In this document: in pieces, positions 62,119 to 64,000 of the stretch
How positions within the stretch are numbered: the stretch's first letter is position 1
Layout of the letters: every line of letters starts with the position of its first letter
Source: Candidatus Methanomethylophilaceae archaeon
GTDB taxonomy: Archaea; Thermoplasmatota; Thermoplasmata; Methanomassiliicoccales; Methanomethylophilaceae
Assembly (NCBI GenBank): GCA_017468935.1
Contig: JAFUHJ010000120.1
Span: 4,567 to 68,566 of the forward strand
Length of the DNA stretch: 64,000 nucleotides
Reading direction: 5' to 3'
Made by a program: the position numbers and the translations under genes
Notes under the pieces: model-generated
What the model saw: only the letters and a program-made list of their open reading frames with translations
Databases searched by the model: none
Told to the model about the DNA's origin: nothing

Positions 62119-64000
62119 ATGGCTAGTAAGACAGACAACTACTGTCAACTCCTGGGTCTCGACCCTTACAACGAAAGCAAGTACTCCCTAGACAAGATCA
62201 ACGAGAAGATAGACAAGATGGAAGTCAAATGGGCCAACGAGTTCAGGAACAAGCAGAACGACACTGGCCAGCGCTTCAAGTACCACAAATTGGTGGATGA
62301 AGTGCCGGAGATGAAACGCTGCATGGCCGACCCGATGCTCAGGAGAAAGGTCTTCTCGGAAGGAAAGAAGAGCCTCGAGGGCAAGGTCCAGAGACTCAAG
62401 CTCGACTGCGTCATACTCACGGACGGCAGATACATCATCCTGCCGGGATTCCTGGACAACTTCGTCAAGAGGCTGCACTGGGACGGAGTGGACAAGAAGC
62501 AGATCCTGAAGATCGCGGGCATCAGCGAAGGCACCGTCCCCAAGATCGTCAGCGAGAAGGTCGTCAACGCCTTCACCAACCTGACTACAGTGGACGCCTA
62601 CACTCCTGTCGAAGTACTCAATGTCCTCATCACGAATCCGGACCTGGAGATCAGGTGCGACCCCCTGACGGAGGCCAGCTCACTCGCCCAGGTCAGGAAC
62701 GCGTTCGAACTGTGCGAGAAGAGGGTCAACAGCGTCAGGCAGGACATCCTGCCCGACCAGGATTCCTACATATCGGTGCTCAGGAGCCTCAAGCTCATCA
62801 TCGATTCGGACAAGGAGATGAAGGACCTCATCAACTACGGAAGATGCTACAAGGCCCTCGTCCCCGTCATGGAGATGATCGACAAGGAATACACAGGACA
62901 GCAGCTCTCCAGGAACTACATCGACGACCTGATGAACATCTATGTCAGGGGACTCGACCAGGACATGTGCATCAACATCCTCCAGGCCTACTGCCACAAG
63001 AAGAGGATCGCTGCCAACTTCTCTAAGCTGGACAGCACCATGATCAGATGCCCCGAGTGTAACAACATGGTCCCCGGCGGGAAGAACACGATGTTCTGCC
63101 CCTACTGCGGTAAGAACTTCAAGATAGTCTGCCCGCAGTGTAACACGGCACAGCAGTCCAGCAACGGCATCTGTATCAAGTGCGGTTTCAACTTCAAGGA
63201 CGGAGAGACCAAGGCCCAGAACCTCGCCTTAGGATTCCGCATGGACATCCAGAAGGGTAACCTGACCAAGGCGGAGAAGGACCTGTCGATGCTGAAGACC
63301 ACCTACGCGACCTTTGCCGGCATCGCCGGCATGGAGGTCCAACTCCGCAAGGAACAGGGTACGTTGAACACCCTGAAGAACATGGTCAACGACAACCATA
63401 GGAACAACAAGTACTACGCCGCGAAGAGCGCCGGAGACACCATCGTCAGCAGATATCCGAGCGAGATGGTCAACTATCCGGATGTCAAGCAGAGGTACGA
63501 TGAATCCCTGCAGCGCGTCCAGCATGCGGATGTGTTCGTCCATCAGGCTGAGGCCACGGAGGACAGGAACCAGATGCTCTCGCTGTATGTGAGTGCCGCA
63601 GAGGAATGTCCCGACCATCCGTCGGCAAAGGGTGTGCTGAAGCAGTATCCTCCAGCAGGACCTGCTGATCCCGTTGCACAGATCAAGGACGGACGCCTCG
63701 TCATCAAGTACGAGCCCCCCAGCGACAGCAGTGGAGTCACATACGCCATCTACAGGGAGAAGAACTCCCTTCCAAACGTTACCGAGGAGACACGTCCCCT
63801 GACGGAGATACCCGGTACGGTATACACCGATAAAACCCTCGAGCCCGGTATAGAATACTACTATTCCGTATACTCTAAGCGCTGGGGCATCCTATCCAGG
63901 GAAGCGGCCCACTTCGGACCGGTCATATTCCTTGCGGAGGTCGAGAGGGTCACCATCGACCAGATCGACGGAGGACTTCGCCTCATGTACGAGAAGCCCC
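62119..64000 (+). CDS. large multidomain protein, 3' end outside window: degenerate J-like N-terminus + helical region + double zinc ribbon + FN3-like domain
   Basis: Hand translation is open from ATG 62119 to the window end (627 codons, no stop), which is why it is absent from the ORF track. N-terminal DNYCQLLGLDPYNESKYSLDKINEKIDKMEVKW resembles J-domain helices I-II without HPD. Zinc ribbons: CPECNN..CPYCG..CPQCN..CIKCG. A later segment GVTYAIYRE...YTDKTLEPGIEYYYSVYS is FN3-like. Confidence 0.8.
   Translation, partial: MASKTDNYCQLLGLDPYNESKYSLDKINEKIDKMEVKWANEFRNKQNDTGQRFKYHKLVDEVPEMKRCMADPMLRRKVFSEGKKSLEGKVQRLKLDCVILTDGRYIILPGFLDNFVKRLHWDGVDKKQILKIAGISEGTVPKIVSEKVVNAFTNLTTVDAYTPVEVLNVLITNPDLEIRCDPLTEASSLAQVRNAFELCEKRVNSVRQDILPDQDSYISVLRSLKLIIDSDKEMKDLINYGRCYKALVPVMEMIDKEYTGQQLSRNYIDDLMNIYVRGLDQDMCINILQAYCHKKRIAANFSKLDSTMIRCPECNNMVPGGKNTMFCPYCGKNFKIVCPQCNTAQQSSNGICIKCGFNFKDGETKAQNLALGFRMDIQKGNLTKAEKDLSMLKTTYATFAGIAGMEVQLRKEQGTLNTLKNMVNDNHRNNKYYAAKSAGDTIVSRYPSEMVNYPDVKQRYDESLQRVQHADVFVHQAEATEDRNQMLSLYVSAAEECPDHPSAKGVLKQYPPAGPADPVAQIKDGRLVIKYEPPSDSSGVTYAIYREKNSLPNVTEETRPLTEIPGTVYTDKTLEPGIEYYYSVYSKRWGILSREAAHFGPVIFLAEVERVTIDQIDGGLRLMYEKP

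Overview
Dense ~64-kb chromosomal segment that is almost entirely coding on both strands. It is clearly archaeal: TBP, Orc1/Cdc6, RFC small subunit, SRP54, TrmY, archaeal-type riboflavin synthase with CTP-dependent RibL, AMP phosphorylase, HMG-CoA reductase and a UbiD-type decarboxylase. Several traits suggest a host-associated, Methanomassiliicoccales-like Thermoplasmatota lineage, but this is inference and cannot be proven from the window. The traits are: moderately high GC, several Sel1-repeat paralogs, one BspA-type LRR / Listeria-Bacteroides-repeat surface protein, near-exclusive TGA stops and a single TAG stop. Recognisable blocks are listed here. (1) dinB, NIF3, dus, pirin. (2) A redox/O2-detox set: flavodoxin, flavodoxin-ferredoxin fusion, FprA, Bcp and a rubredoxin ORF missing from the ORF track. 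(3) A ribB-ribL-ribC-ribH operon divergent from glyA. (4) pheT, a CDF transporter and hmgA. (5) A tightly coupled srp54-trmY-(Zn-ribbon)-PPAT/NTPase-FAD-oxidase operon. (6) A DtxR-family regulator. (7) gltX. (8) A sulfur/thiolation neighbourhood: PUA-PAPS-reductase-ferredoxin, cysE, cysS, ncsA/ttuA. (9) Divergent cdc6/rfcS. (10) fhs. (11) feoA-feoA-feoB. I found no rRNA, tRNA, CRISPR array, transposase or integrase. The best candidate for an uncharacterised system lies at the 3' edge, at 58.7-64.0 kb. It is an Hsp70 ATPase fused to a vWA/MIDAS domain, followed by a large ORF cut by the window end. That ORF has a degenerate HPD-less J-like N-terminus, a double zinc ribbon and an FN3-like module, and signal-less Sel1-repeat proteins lie nearby. 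Other notable items: a membrane-anchored zinc-ribbon P-loop GTPase; two operator-TATA-operator modules with DtxR-like inverted repeats, one of which precedes a ~200-nt ORF-less GC-rich region with two 22-nt repeats (candidate metal-regulated ncRNA); palindromes upstream of mntP and between ribB and glyA; and a lone TAG-terminated ORF with an in-frame extension. All start codons are my own choices from the sequence, and several are ambiguous.
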